A DNA stretch of 64,000 nucleotides, from assembly GCA_013265495.1 (NCBI GenBank), contig MU061578.1, positions 2,427,308 through 2,491,307 of the forward strand, written 5' to 3'. Shown one piece after another: positions 25,875 through 38,369 of this stretch. Position 1 is the first letter of the stretch. Each line of letters begins with the position of its first letter. The notes under the pieces were generated by a model, which did not search any database, was not told the DNA's origin, and saw nothing but the letters and a program-made list of their open reading frames with translations. The position numbers were made by a program, and so were the translations under genes. The stretch is from Vicugna vicugna. Taxonomy: Eukaryota.

Positions 25875-26325
25875 GTGCTAGTTTCCTTGGGCTAGGATGA
25901 CAAATCACCACAAATCAGAGGGCCTAAAACAACAGGAATCCATTCTCTTACAGTTTGGGTTGGAAGAAGGCTAAAATCAAGGTGTCAGCAAGGCCACACT
26001 TTCTCCAAAGGCTCTAAGAAAGACCCCTTCCTCGCCTCTTCCTATCTTCCAGTGGCTCCTAGCCATCCTTGGCATTCCCTGGCTTGTAGAGGCATCTCTC
26101 AAGTCCCTGCCTCCATCTTCACATGGCCCTCTTCCCGATGTGTGTGTCTGTGTCCAAATTTCTTTATCTTCTGAGGACACCCATCACACCCTAATCCAGT
26201 GTGATCTCAGCTTAATTTGATGACCTCTGCTAAGACTCTATTTCCAAGTAAGGTCACATCCACAGGTACTGAGGGTTAGGATTTCAACATACCATTTGAA
26301 GGGGACACAATTCAACCCAGAATAC
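25875..26325 (-). mobile_element. MLT1C-type solo LTR
   Basis: aaatcaaggtgtcagcaaggccacac...ccttggcattccctggcttgta...tatttccaagtaaggtcaca...ggggacacaattcaaccc. Confidence 0.88.
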
Positions 26326-26379
26326 AGAGCCTGCTGGTCTCTTGGCAAATCCACCCCCAGTTCCCACCAACTCCTGGCT

Positions 26380-26790
26380 CATTGATTCACCACATGCTTA
26401 CTGAACACTCCATGTGCTGCCCACAATGGAGAAATTGGAGGAAACAGAGTCAAGAAAACCCCTGCTCTCATGAAGCTTACATTACAGGGGAAGCAAGGCA
26501 GACAGTCGATGCCAACAAGTAAGGAGACCGTTTCCGACCATGGCAAATGGTATGGATAATAATGGCAGTGGTAGAAACAAGAGTCATGTTGGCAACAGCA
26601 GCTAACGTTGCTGGGCGTTGTTCTGAACACTTCATGAGAATTTGCAGTCTTCATCCTCACCACAACCCCATGAAGTAGCTACAATTCAATCCCATTTTAA
26701 AGGTGGGGAAATTGAGGCACAAAAAGGTTGCACACAACTAACAGCAGAGCCAGGATTCAAACTCAGGCAGCTGAGCCCCAGGGACCCAAC
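26380..26790 (-). mobile_element. L2 3' end plus MIR
   Basis: cctgctctcatgaagcttacatt; cccattttaaaggtggggaaattgaggcac...ggattcaaactcaggcag. Confidence 0.7.
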
Positions 26791-28599
26791 ATGAAGAAAA
26801 CAAAGAGCTGGAGGAAGGAATAGGACTTCAGATCTGATGGTCTCTGGTAGGGAACTTGTGAGCCAAGTCTTGATCAGACAGTAGGGTGGATGCCAGATTG
26901 CAGCAAGTGAAAGAGGGAATGTAAATGGAGGATGTGAAGAAGGTAAAATGATGTTTAATTGTAGAAGGTGGGAAGCTTCTGAAATACTCAGTGGCTGTAC
27001 CAAACAGGATAGACATTGGGTAGAATGTAGACCACTTTAAGAAAGGGGATCTTAGAGAGCAAGGTGCTGCCTCACCCCAGGGATGCTGTGATGCACCTTC
27101 TGCCTCCCCTCTCAGTTTCCTTCTTGCTGCATCATCTCTGTCCTATAGCTTTACCCTCCCAGTGTTGGCTCAGGCCAGCCCCACTGCCTGGGGTGATTAA
27201 TAGGTTTAATTTATCATTAACTTCCATGGAGCTGAGCTAGGCGAGTGACACCTCTGGAACAGTGTATGAGTAATCAGTGGGTAAGCAGAAGCCTCTGCAT
27301 CCTTATTTATATTCATTTTTCACTGGGGACATTCCTAATTTGTTTGTTTTTCTCTGGTCTGGCTTCACCTACCTGGACTTGGGTGACTGGGAAGAGACCA
27401 AGAAGGGATGGTCCAGGAGACCAGGGGTGGAAGGAGAGACTGAGTCTGTGGGGACAGAGGAGGATGGGGACAGGAAGACACTGGACGAGGATCTGGGAGA
27501 AGCATCTGCCCACCCTAAATCTCCGTGCCCACCAGCTGCCAGCATCTCATTCATCCAGACGTGGCCCCAACTTGTCATTGGTGCAGGCACCGAGCCAAAC
27601 GCTAGGAGGGGCAGAAGTGAGGGCTTTGGGGTTCCTGCCTTCAGAGGGCTCTCAGCACACCAGGAGAAATGGGCACATAATCATTTCAAAGCTCGGTCAG
27701 CAGACCCATGTGTACGAGGCAGTATAGGCTCAAAGGCAAGGGTGGGGCTCCTCGTTCTCATGCCTGGTGGGATTTTAGGATCCAGGACTCCGAGGGCCAG
27801 CCTGAAATCCAGGCCATTTGTCCCTCCTCCATTAATCTGAATGCACAGAGGCCAGGGAACCATCATCAGGCCAGAGAAGGGAGGGAAGGTAAGGAAAGGT
27901 CTCTAGCACAGGGAAGGTAAGGCTGGGCCTGGGCTTACCAACCGATATGTCCAGGAAGCCCCCATAGGGAATCCCCAACCAGCACCCCCAAAAGCCATGG
28001 GCTTCAAAAATGTGCTGGAATGGGTTTTTCTTCCCTCTCACCCCTCCTGTAAGAAGGTCACGTGTCATGCAATTCTGGGTTGACAAGGAGACAGACACCC
28101 CCTCTGCAAATTAAGAGGCAGGAGCCTGTGCAAGTGAGGTGGCCCTCTGCACAGGGCCTCGGACTGGCTGTGTGCAGACGTCTCCCAAAAGCTAGGCTAC
28201 TGTGAGGGCAAGAGGGGCAGCAGGAGAGAGATTACTGGGGTGGGGGGGGTCTCTGTGCACCTGCAGAGATCACCCCTAGAATCTCAGACTGCAAATGTTG
28301 CTCAGGGATCAGCCACGTGGATTAAAACCACCCCTGGCTCTCCCCACTCTGTGGAAGTACAGAGCTGGGATCCGAAATAAAAGCACATTCCGGAGATTCT
28401 GTGAGCAGCAATGTAAGTGGAACAAGGCAGCAGCCACCGGGCAGGGCAACTTGAGGATTTGTACAATGGTTTCTGCTACCTGGAGTCCAGGTGTATCCCA
28501 AAGACCCTTGGGTTAAATGTGAAGATGAGAAATTCTGGGTTTTAATTAGGGGATGGTGAGGAAGGTGTGGGATAATGCAGCCTGCAGCATCAATGCCTC

Positions 28600-28870
28600 A
28601 TTTCTTTTTTCTTTGTAAAAGCTTTATTGAGATAGAATTCGCATGCCATACAATTCACTCATTTAAGTGTATGATTCAATGGTTTTTAGTATATTCATAA
28701 GTTGTACACCTACCACGACAATCAATTTTAGAACACTGTCATCACCCTCAAAAGAATTCCCTTACCCTTAGCCATCACTTCCCAAATATCCCACCATCCC
28801 AGCCCCTGGCAACCCCTAATTTACTCGCTGTCTCCATGGATTTGATTAGTCTGGATGTCTCATAGAAATG
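28600..28870 (-). mobile_element. L1MB-like 3' end
   Basis: gctttattgagatagaattc...ttttagtatattca...caattttagaaca...cagcccctggcaacc. Confidence 0.88.
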
Positions 28871-28929
28871 GCCTCCTTCCTTCTTTGCTGCAGGGTCAGC
28901 GTGACCAGAATGTCTGGCTTCAGCCTAGC

Positions 28930-29100
28930 TTCAGCCTTGCCACTTATGACCTGGTAGTGATTCTGTCCTCCTGAGCTCCAGCATCCTCACCTGAAAGTGG
29001 AGTCAAGCATTGTTCTTTACCCAGCAAGTGGCAGGGAAGATGACACAAGTTAACACCCATCACAGTGTCTGCATGCAGTAGGTGCTCAGCAAATGGGAGA
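28930..29100 (+). mobile_element. MIR SINE
   Basis: gccacttatgacc...ctcacctgaaagtgg...gtaggtgctcagcaaat. Confidence 0.6.
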
Positions 29101-29809
29101 CGTGTGTCTGCTCTGGTGTCTTTGCCTGGCTTGCTTGATGGGGATAGCACAGGGGCCTCCCTCTTGAGGATGACAGACAAAATGCTGGGTCCCACGAAGA
29201 TAAAAGGGACCACACACATGGAGCTTAATGCAGAGCCTGCTCAATGAATGGGGCCTTTTTAAAATTGTGCCGATGTGAATGGTGAGTCTGGCCAAGTTTG
29301 TGGTCATAAGGTCAGGACCACTGGCCCCACTACAGGAAACTGTCTCTCGGTGGCCTGACGACAAAGCTAGGGCAGCCTTGTTATCCAGGGGCCAGGGCCA
29401 GGATGGGCAGGCAACTCAGAGCTGAGACAGAGGCCCAGTGGGCTCCCGGCAGGTCTGGCCTCGCTGGGCAGCTGTCAGTCCTGGGAGGCTGCCCGCCGTG
29501 TGCTCCAGACTCCCAGGGCCCAAGGCAGGGGTGGGAATAATCCGGTTACATGCTCAGGGAGTGCTGCTGCTCTTGGCAGAGCCACAAATTGAGTTTGAAA
29601 TGAGTAACCGGGAGCCAAGCTGCTTGTGCTGTGAGCGACAAGGCTGGGCTGGCAGGTTGCCTCCACACCGCCCCCTCTGGGCCAGAGGAGGGGGCTGGGG
29701 AGACAGCCTGAAACCAGCCCCGGGCGTAATGGGTAATCCAGCTTCCCTTGCTATTGGGGCGGGGGAGGGGGGGCATGGCTGACACCCAGCAAAGACGGAA
29801 GGAGGTCAT

Positions 29810-30072
29810 TTCCACGAACTGCCCAGAAGAGAAAAACTACAAAGACAGGAAGTAGATTAGTGGCTGCCTGGGGCTAGGGAAGGTGGGGGGATTGGGGTTT
29901 GATAGCTGAAGGGTTCAGGTATGTGTTTCTCTTGGGGGTGATGAAAATGCTCTAAAACTGATTGAGGTGATGATTGCATGACTGTGAATTATACTTAAAA
30001 CCATGAACTTATACACTTTAAGTGGGTGAAGTGTATAGTATGTGAATTATATTTCAAAGTTGTTACAAAAAC
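29810..30072 (+). mobile_element. L1MB-like 3' end
   Basis: agtagattagtggctgcctgggg...ggggtgatgaaaatgctctaaaactg...acactttaagtgggtgaa. Confidence 0.88.
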
Positions 30073-31309
30073 AAGAGAGAGTGTTGGGCGCAGAGGGTAT
30101 GGAGAATGACTTCCCATAGACATGACTCTTAGACCACAAAACCAAGATCCTCACATAAGAACAAAAATAAGAGCTAAGATGTATGAGGTCCTTCACAGAG
30201 GAGAAAACTACAACACAGAGAGGTTAATTCTCTTGCCCAAAGTTGCACAGCAACAAAAGGCAGTCAAGGCTCCTCCTCAGCCTATCCAGTAACAGACTTG
30301 TGCTCCTAACCACTGGGCTGTATTGCCTTTGACTGATAAGCACCTTAAGCACTTGCTTGAGGCACCAGGAAAGGAAGAGACGATATTGTAGGAGAGAAGC
30401 ATTTGACGTACATAAATAGAATAATCAAAGCAAACATCACGGGCAAGAACAGAACTTTGCTCCACTTCCATACACGCTGTAGTGGGGAGTCCAACTTTCC
30501 TGGGACTAGGTGTCACAAGGTCTTGATCCAGCTCAGGATCTGTGTCCTGGGGTCCCTGCTCTGGCTGTTTCTCAGGGTCCCCCCGAGGCAGGGGGAGCCT
30601 GGAGCCAACAGTCCATCTGATAAAGATCCAACTCACAAAGCGGGCTCCATTGTGCTGCAGACTCTGCAGATGTCTGCAGAAAGGCTATAACTCAGTAGAG
30701 AATTCTGTTAATATGGTTGCCGCCTGCCCTCACCCCTGCAGCTCCCAGTCTAACCACGGTGGAGACAACGGAGGCTGGAGGCTACCGGGTCCTGATTACA
30801 TTTCCTCCCCTCTCACTACCCTAAAAAGATGGGCTTTGTTGGGCTTCTGCTGCCACCTACAGCAGCTGCAACAAAAGGCAGGTCTCCAGCCAGACCTGGA
30901 GACACAGAACAGGGGCTTCAGGGCAGAAATGGGGCACCATGGGCCAAAGCCTGAGATCTGATATCCAGGTCCTCCGCAGACCCTCAGGCCATCTGGGGAA
31001 GAATACTCCACAGCCTTCTCTCCATCCTTCCTCCAGAGGCCCCACCCTCTGGGACACACCAAATGGAAGGGAGGACCAGCTCTGCATCCTGCGGGGCTAA
31101 AGGGCATCTAAACCTCTCTTCTTGCCTTGAGGATGTTCTGATCCCTCTGCCCACATCGACTGCCTGCTGCACCATTTCATTCACCCCCCAACCCCGTCCA
31201 AGAAGCCCCTCTCAATTCCCTCCCCTGGCTTAGCTAAGCCCACAGCTCCCTTCTGCTTGCCTCATTGATCACTCTGCATTGTAGCCACTTACCTGCCTGT
31301 CTCCCCTAG

Positions 31310-31540
31310 TAATGATAATAGTCAGACTAACATTCATTAAGCACTGAGCACATACCACGTACTGTGTTTAGAGAATTGCACGCACCATGTCATTTAATAA
31401 TTCAGCAACTTAGGAGGGAGATCCATTGTTGTCATCATTTCCCAGATAAGAAAGCTGAGGCTCTGAAGGGGGCAGTAACTTAGCCAAAGCCAGCCTGAGG
31501 TCTGAATGTAGTCCCATCTTCCTCCAGAGACAACCCTCTT
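31310..31540 (-). mobile_element. MIR SINE
   Basis: cattttcccagataagaaagctgaggctc...gtaacttagccaa. Confidence 0.7.
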
Positions 31541-31703
31541 AATGCAGGAGTCACCCTGCCTCCACTCCACCCTTCACCAACCCTTTCACTTGATGGACGG
31601 GGTGACCATATAGTTCATTTGCTGTTAATTGATTTAGAAACTTGGGAGCCTGCTTGGCTGGGAAAGGAATAATCATGTTTTCTTTCATTGGGCTCATGCA
31701 ATG

Positions 31704-32620
31704 CTGAAAGCAATTGTTGTAAAATATATATATATATATTAAAAATTATGATGTCTGGTCATTGCAAGACACCCCTGGAGCATAACTTCTCTTAGTCACA
31801 CATTCCTTGTCCTTACAGTCTGTTTCTCTGGGATTTGGAGAGGATGAGAGATCAAATGGAGCCAAATTGCAATCCAAAAGGCAACTCATAACCATGGATG
31901 GAAGCCAGCTTTGGGGAGACCGGCAAGTCAGTGAATCAACTGTGTGGTGAAGAAATGACCTCCCCGGGAGTTTATGGAATTAGAGGTTACACTGTTAGAT
32001 GCTGACAGGACCGCTCTGCCCTGATGGGACCAGACCTAAAGCCTCCAAAGGTGGGTCCATGCTCTGAGGGGCACTGGCTAAGGAGGGTATGCCTGGCGAG
32101 GTGTCTAGCGTGGGAGAGAACTCCAAGTCATGAGATATCACGTGGCAAGAGTCAAATGAGGGACTGAAAGCAATTGTTGTAAAATATATATATATATTAA
32201 AAATTATGATGTCTGGTCATTGCAAGACACCCCTGGAGCATAACTTCTCTTAGTCACACATTCCTTGTCCTTACAGTCTGTTTCTCTGGGATTTGGAGAG
32301 GATGAGAGATAAAATGGAGCCAAATTGCAATCCAAAAGGCAACTCATAACCATGGATGGAAGCCAGCTTTGGGGAGACCGGCAAGTCAGTGAATCAACTG
32401 TGTGGTGAAGAAATGACCTCCCCGGGAGTTTATGGAATTAGAGGTTACACTGTCAGATGCTGACAGGACCGCTCTGCCCTGATGGGACCAGACCTAAAGC
32501 CTCCAAAGGTGGGTCCATGCTCTGAGGGGCACTGGCTAAGGAGGGTATGCCTGGCGAGGTGTCTAGCGTGGGAGAGAACTCCAAGTCATGAGATATCACG
32601 TGGCAAGAGTCAAATGAGGG
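31704..32620. repeat. Near-perfect direct tandem duplication, two ~458 bp copies
   Basis: Copy 1 31704-32162 and copy 2 32164-32620; I found only one AT-unit indel plus C/A (31853/32311) and T/C (31996/32454). Confidence 0.97.
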
Positions 32621-32749
32621 GAAGCGTAAGAGCTGCCTACAAGCATTTAAAGGGTTGACACCTGCAAGAGAGTAGACCTCATCTATTCTCCCCAAGGGCA
32701 GGCCCAAGCTAATGTAAGGAAAGAGAGAGGGAGAAGGGAGACAGCAAAA

Positions 32750-33010
32750 GATTGGTGCCTGGCACGTGGTGGGCTCACAATAAATATTTGCTGAATGAAG
32801 GAATGAAATAATGAGTGTCCATGAGGAGGATGGATTTTGGAGTCAGAGAATCCTAGATTCAAATTTTCACCTTGCCCTTTATAACTGGGGTCTTGGTCAG
32901 GTGATCTAGTCTCTCTAAGCCTCTGATTGTCCATCTGTGAAGTAGGAGTAAGACAGTCAGTGAACAGTTAACTTTCAAGTCAGGACTGAAAGATAGGTAG
33001 GTATTAGCGA
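32750..33010 (+). mobile_element. L2 tail plus MIR
   Basis: gtgcctggcac...aataaatatttgctgaatgaa; tggagtcagaga...ctctctaagcctc. Confidence 0.7.
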
Positions 33011-33259
33011 GTAGAAGGAAGGGCAGAAATCTGAGACCCGGGCAGGGAGAGTCTAGCAAAGAGGGCAGAAGGCAATGCTATCCCTGCCAGGACAGACTGA
33101 CCACCCACACAACAGGTATTTGAGCACCTCTCCCATGCACAGTATTGGACCCAGGCACTAGAGGATGACAAATACGAAATGATGTCTGGTTATACTCTCC
33201 AAGGGCTTATGATCTAGAACAGAGGATAAAATACAAGCTGGCTGAAATGGCAGAAGACA

Positions 33260-33438
33260 GATCAGAGCCACACAGGGTGGCCAGTGTCAGCATCACCTCG
33301 GATGCTGGTGAGAAGTCAGACCCCTGGGTTCCAGCCAAGACCCAGTGAACCAGAGTCCCTGCAGGGTGAGGTTCTGGAAACTGCATTTCATCCAGCTGCC
33401 CAGGAACCACTTACACACTCCAACACTGAGAACCACTG
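33260..33438 (+). mobile_element. MER5A
   Basis: gtcagcatcacct...ctgcattt...tgagaaccactg. Confidence 0.75.
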
Positions 33439-33689
33439 ACTTCTGATAAGAAGAGGTCAGCAGACCCGCAGTGGTCAGAGGATTCACAGAGGAGAGATCA
33501 TGGAGCCAAGCCTAAGAACATAGGGATGACAGCAGGTGGGGAGGGAGCGATAAGCAACACGGTGAGTGGGCAGCACGAGACCCAGAGGCAAGAAACTACA
33601 ATCCTGTTAGAATAACGTGCATTGTACATTGGGACCATTTGTCGGAAGGTTTCTGCTGGGAAGTAAAGGAACATCAGGCTGGACACATG

Positions 33690-34435
33690 AGTGGCCATCT
33701 CTCACATGTGCCCACCCCTCTCCATCCCCACTGCCAGCAGCCTGGTCCAAGGTATCATCATTTCATCTCTTGCCTGAACAAAGGACACAGCCTCCTCAGT
33801 GGTTTCCCCAGTGCCAACACTGTCCTTCATCATCCTAAAAGTAGCCAATGTGACTTTCTAAACACACAAATTAAGCAATGTGAACAAACCCACCACCACC
33901 ATCAATTAAATTTCCCCAAACTGCACTCAAATAAAATTCAGATCCCTTAACAAGACCTCCAGTGTGCTCTGGAATCTGGCCTCTGCCTGCTCTTCCCCAG
34001 GCTCACTCACTCCAGCTACGCCGTCCTCCTCTCTATTCCTCAAAAGTGCCAGCGTGCCCCCACCTTCCAGCCTTTACACTAACTTTCCCCTCTTTCAGGA
34101 ATATTCTTTCCTCCTCTCCCTCCGGCAGGCCCCTCCTCATCTTTCAGGCATCATTTCAGATGCCACCTCCTCAGAGATGCTTTCCTCAAAGCCAACCTAC
34201 CTAAAGCATCCTCCTCCTGACTTTCAATTTCATCACCCTCTTTCTCTTGGGGCAATGATCAGAATCTGTCAACTCTCTCTTGCCTAAATGTGCTTCTTTA
34301 TTATCTGTCTCCCCATCCGTATTGGAAGTTCCAGGAGGGGAGCAAAACTCTGTCTCAGTAACCAATGAATTCTCTCAAGCACCTGGAACACATAGTGCAT
34401 GGACGAGTTTCAACAAGCATTTTCTGAATCCATAA
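33690..34435 (+). mobile_element. L2 3' region
   Basis: aataaaattcagatcccttaac...gcctttacact...atgccacctcctcagag...atctgtctcccc. Confidence 0.8.
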
Positions 34436-35612
34436 AAAGTGCATCAGTTGTAGGAGGCCTTGAATGCCAAGTTAGGGAGTAGGGCAATATGCCAATAACT
34501 TTGCAGAAAGAGCAGTACCCAGCACGATGAGAGAAGAGTCCGCATTAGCTGAGAAAACCCCCCAGAGGATTTCAAAGATAATAAATAGCAAAGTAAATTT
34601 CAAGAGTGGATCTAAATTCACCAACCCCGGTGAAAGCTGAAAATTACCATCCCAGCTGGTGGAAATGTCAATTCAAACTTCATTTATAAAACCATTTCAG
34701 GCTCTGATTGCTAAATTATTATTTCATATGAGAATGAGCATTGTCTGGATAAAAAGTGATGGCAAAAGTAAAAAATTCAATTTACTCACCCTCCCCTTCC
34801 CTGAAAAAAAATATCTTTTAACATTAAAAGTTACTCCACATAATTTCAGATATAAATATCACTTAGTGCAGATGTTGTGTATAAAATGTAATTATTACTC
34901 ATGGAAAATCAATGGTGGCAAATGATAAAATCCATGATCTGGGTCTTTCTACTGAGCAGAAACGTATTAGCACTTTGGCTGTGGTTTATGCGCTTTTTAA
35001 TTGAAAATGAACTCTAACTAGAAATGGATCGCAACACAGGGATGGAGCAGCCGATTGCAAATAAAGATGTAATGACCGCCAAACTCTCTGGCAATGCAGG
35101 GAGTTCAAAGCAGGAACCGTTTCCCCCCAAAGCATTCAGGGCTCGCTCTCACTTACTGAGTGCTTGCTCTGTGCTGGCCCGGTGGTCAACAGCTGTAAAC
35201 AAGACAGATATGGTTCCTCCTGATGGACACATGTGAACCAAGGAGTAGATGAGATAATGACCGATGGTGATATGTGAGATGAAGGTAATAAACAGGCTGC
35301 TGAAATGCAGTGTGACTGGAGAGGCTGCTGTAGACGCGGAGGCCGCTCGGAGACGGGGACACAAGACCAGACCAAGTGGTGAGAAGGAGCCAGATGCGGG
35401 AAGATGGGGAAAAGAGAACAAGCAAAGGCAATGAAGAGGAGCTAGGAGATGATGGGTGTGTGTGGAGAATAATGAATAAGGGGTGGGGAGGCAGCCATCT
35501 AGGATCATACGTGCTACTGGGACTTTCAGTCACCTTGATCCACCATCTTCATCTCTGAGGTCCCTTAACTGGTCCACCCCAGACGCCCAGCAAGCAAAAA
35601 CTATTGGGTATC

Positions 35613-35965
35613 TGCAATGAACTGAATGTTTGTGTCCCCCCTCCAAAATTCATATGCTGGAACCTTAACCCCAAAGGTGACACTTTTAGGAGGTAGGACC
35701 TTTGGGAAGTGATTAAGTCATGAGAGTGGATTCATGCCCTTGCAAAAGAGGCCCAGAGAGCTCCTCACCCCTCCTACCATGGGAGGACACAGTGAGAAGA
35801 CCACTGCCTACAAACCAGGAAACAGACTCTCTTTGGACACCAAAGCTGTCAAACACCTTGGTCTCAGACTTCCAGCCTCCAGAACTATGAGAAGTAAGTT
35901 TCTCTTGTTTATAAGCCACCCAGTCTATGGTATTTTTGTTAGAGCAATCCCAACAGACTAAAACA
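35613..35965 (+). mobile_element. MLT1A0-type solo LTR
   Basis: TG...CA termini with perfect 5 bp TSD gtatc (35608-35612 / 35966-35970). Confidence 0.92.
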
Positions 35966-37374
35966 GTATCTGAATCCAAATTTCATCTTGGTCCTTTCCC
36001 AACCATATCTACTATTCAGTAACCCCGTAACACCAATCCACACACACCCACCAGCTGCCAGGTGGATGTGGCTCCTCTGCTATTGGCCCACAGGCCCCAG
36101 GAGCACACTGTCTCCAAGAGCCCTTAGGGGAGTTGAGGGAGAGAGTACATGGCAAAGACTCCCTCATCCACTACTTCCCTACCCTCAGAGTCAGACCTTG
36201 GGCTCCTACCCAAGATCCATCAATGCCCCTGGAGTAATTCATCATTGCCAAATTCTGTGCATGTGGAAAGAAAGCAATGACACATCTAACCCTCAGTTCT
36301 CTTGTGCTCTTCCCAACACAGGCAGGTCAGGGTCTGACAATTCTCCTTTGACACACAGGTCAAGTGTCTGCTCTGGGTCACACAGCCCACAGATTATAGT
36401 GCCAAGACTGGAATCCAAATGTCTGGATTTGGGGAACAAGATATTGACAGTCCACCAACGAGACGGCACAGAATTATTTGGGAAGACAGCATATTAAGAG
36501 TCCAGACTCAGCTTCCCTTTGGAGCCCTGACAAGGACTCACACCCGTGCCTTAGGACAACAAGGCATAGAACGAAGGATAACTAAGAACAAAATATACTG
36601 TCACTGCATTGGAGCCCCATCTCGGTCTCCGTCATGAAGTAAATCACCACACGCACAAGAGTTTGCAAAGCCCCATGAGAAAGCTGTTTATCTCTGCCTT
36701 TCTAAAAGTCCTCTGTTTTCTTTCCTTCCCCCCACCTCTGTCTTTCCCCTCCCACTGTCTCTTTTGAAACAGCCACAAATGAGACAGGGTGATTAATTTC
36801 TCATTTTGGCTACCATTGCAGAAACACATTCCCTCAAACCCTGATGCAAAAAGAAAAGATTTAATCAGTCTCTAGTGTGACTACGTCGTGCATTCGAGAA
36901 GATCTCTGATGGGAGGCAAAGAAGTTTTCAGACATTAAACTTTAATGAGCAGAGCAGGCAAACATATTGCTGTGTCAACACCCGGCTTGGCCTCATCGAA
37001 GAGAAACGTAGGCTAGTCCATCAGTCTCCCCAGATCAGTATTGTCATCACTCTCAGCTCTTATTACATTTGCCCAACCTGAGTGTACATGGAAAATATTC
37101 TGTTAAATCAATCAGCACTAGGAAAAGCCAATGGGAGTGGGGACTTCACAAAGTTTTGCTAGGCTGATAGAGAAAAGGATTTTTCGTGTGTAGGTGCTCC
37201 AAGGCTGAAGTTAATTCTTTCTAGTTCAAAGTCATCATGCCTTAGATTTCAGATGGTTCTTATTGCAGGAGGAGAAAAAGCAAAGAGAGAGGAGGGTTTG
37301 TCTTGAGGAAAAAGATCAGGACAATAGTGACAGCTAGGCAGAGGGGATCTGAGTTTCAGGAATTATGTAGGCTA

Positions 37375-37523
37375 CAGGGAACTGTGTTCAATGTCTTGTA
37401 GTGACGTTTGATGGGAAAAAAATATGGAAATGAATATATGTATGTATATGCATGACTGGGACATTGTGCTGGGTCACCAGAGATTGACACATTGTAATTG
37501 ACCATACTTCAATTTAAAAAAAA
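37375..37523 (+). mobile_element. Young lineage-specific L1 3' end (cetartiodactyl/camelid-type)
   Basis: cagggaact...gcatgactgggacattgtgctg...attgacacattgtaa...poly(A); TSD aattatgtaggcta (37361-37374) / aattacctaggcta (37524-37537). Confidence 0.85.
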
Positions 37524-37537
37524 AATTACCTAGGCTA

Positions 37538-37722
37538 GTAATCAGCACACCTTCTCCTGTAAAGGGCCATATAGTCTGTCATAGCTTTCAACTCTGCTAT
37601 TATACCATGACAGCAGCCATAGACAATATACAAACAAATGGGCATGGCTGTATTCCAATGAAACTTAATTTACAAAAACAGGAAGTTGACCAGATTTGGC
37701 CCAAGGACCATAGTTTGGTCCT
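37538..37722. mobile_element. MER58A (hAT-Charlie)
   Basis: tgtaaagggcca...gcagccatagacaata...atgggcatggctgtattccaatgaaac...gatttggccc. Confidence 0.85.
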
Positions 37723-37944
37723 TGTTCTAGGCTCCAGGGTCTAAAGAAGTGAATAGGAACCCAGGGAATATGGAGAAAATCAAGAGGTTTCTCCTCCTGT
37801 ACGGGTCAGTGCTTGAAGGTCAGAAGTAAAGAGCCAAGTCCTACCTCACTATGATGGTTGATGGTTTAGTAAGAGAAGCTAAATGTCATTTCATCCAAAT
37901 GGCTTACCCATTAGGCATTACAAAAAAAGTATAGTTGTGTCCCT

Positions 37945-38250
37945 CTGGCCACAGGGCCTTTGCACTTGCTGTACTCCCCCTGCTTAAAATGCTCTTTGTT
38001 CCACTTTTACTCAGTTAAATCCTCTTTATCTTCAGCTAAGATTACATCCTTCAGAGAAGACCTGCCTAGAGCTTCCCACTCCTGCCAAGCACACTTAGCA
38101 TTCTGTACTTGGGTTTCATTGCAGTTGTGTCTTATCATGACAGCCCCTCTTCCCTCATTGGACTGCAAACTCCATGAAGTCAACACTGAGTACGTAGCAT
38201 AGGGTCTGGTGTGTGGGAAGAACTGAGTGAATAGGCATTAAATAAATGGG
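37945..38250 (+). mobile_element. L2 3' region
   Basis: cagggcctttgcacttgctgt...gactgcaaactccatga. Confidence 0.7.
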
Positions 38251-38369
38251 CATGAAAGGCTTTAATTAGAATTGGAAAACATGCCTATCTGTGATCTTCA
38301 CTTTCCCCTCATCCAACACAGCCTCCCTGAAACCCTCGGTCTCCACAGAAAGAGGGTCTGGGCAGTAGT

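Noticed and set aside
27245..27840. Longest ORFs (160 and 187 aa)
   Set aside because: Non-ATG starts, no recognisable domain, overlapping open frames in GC-rich DNA; consistent with chance.
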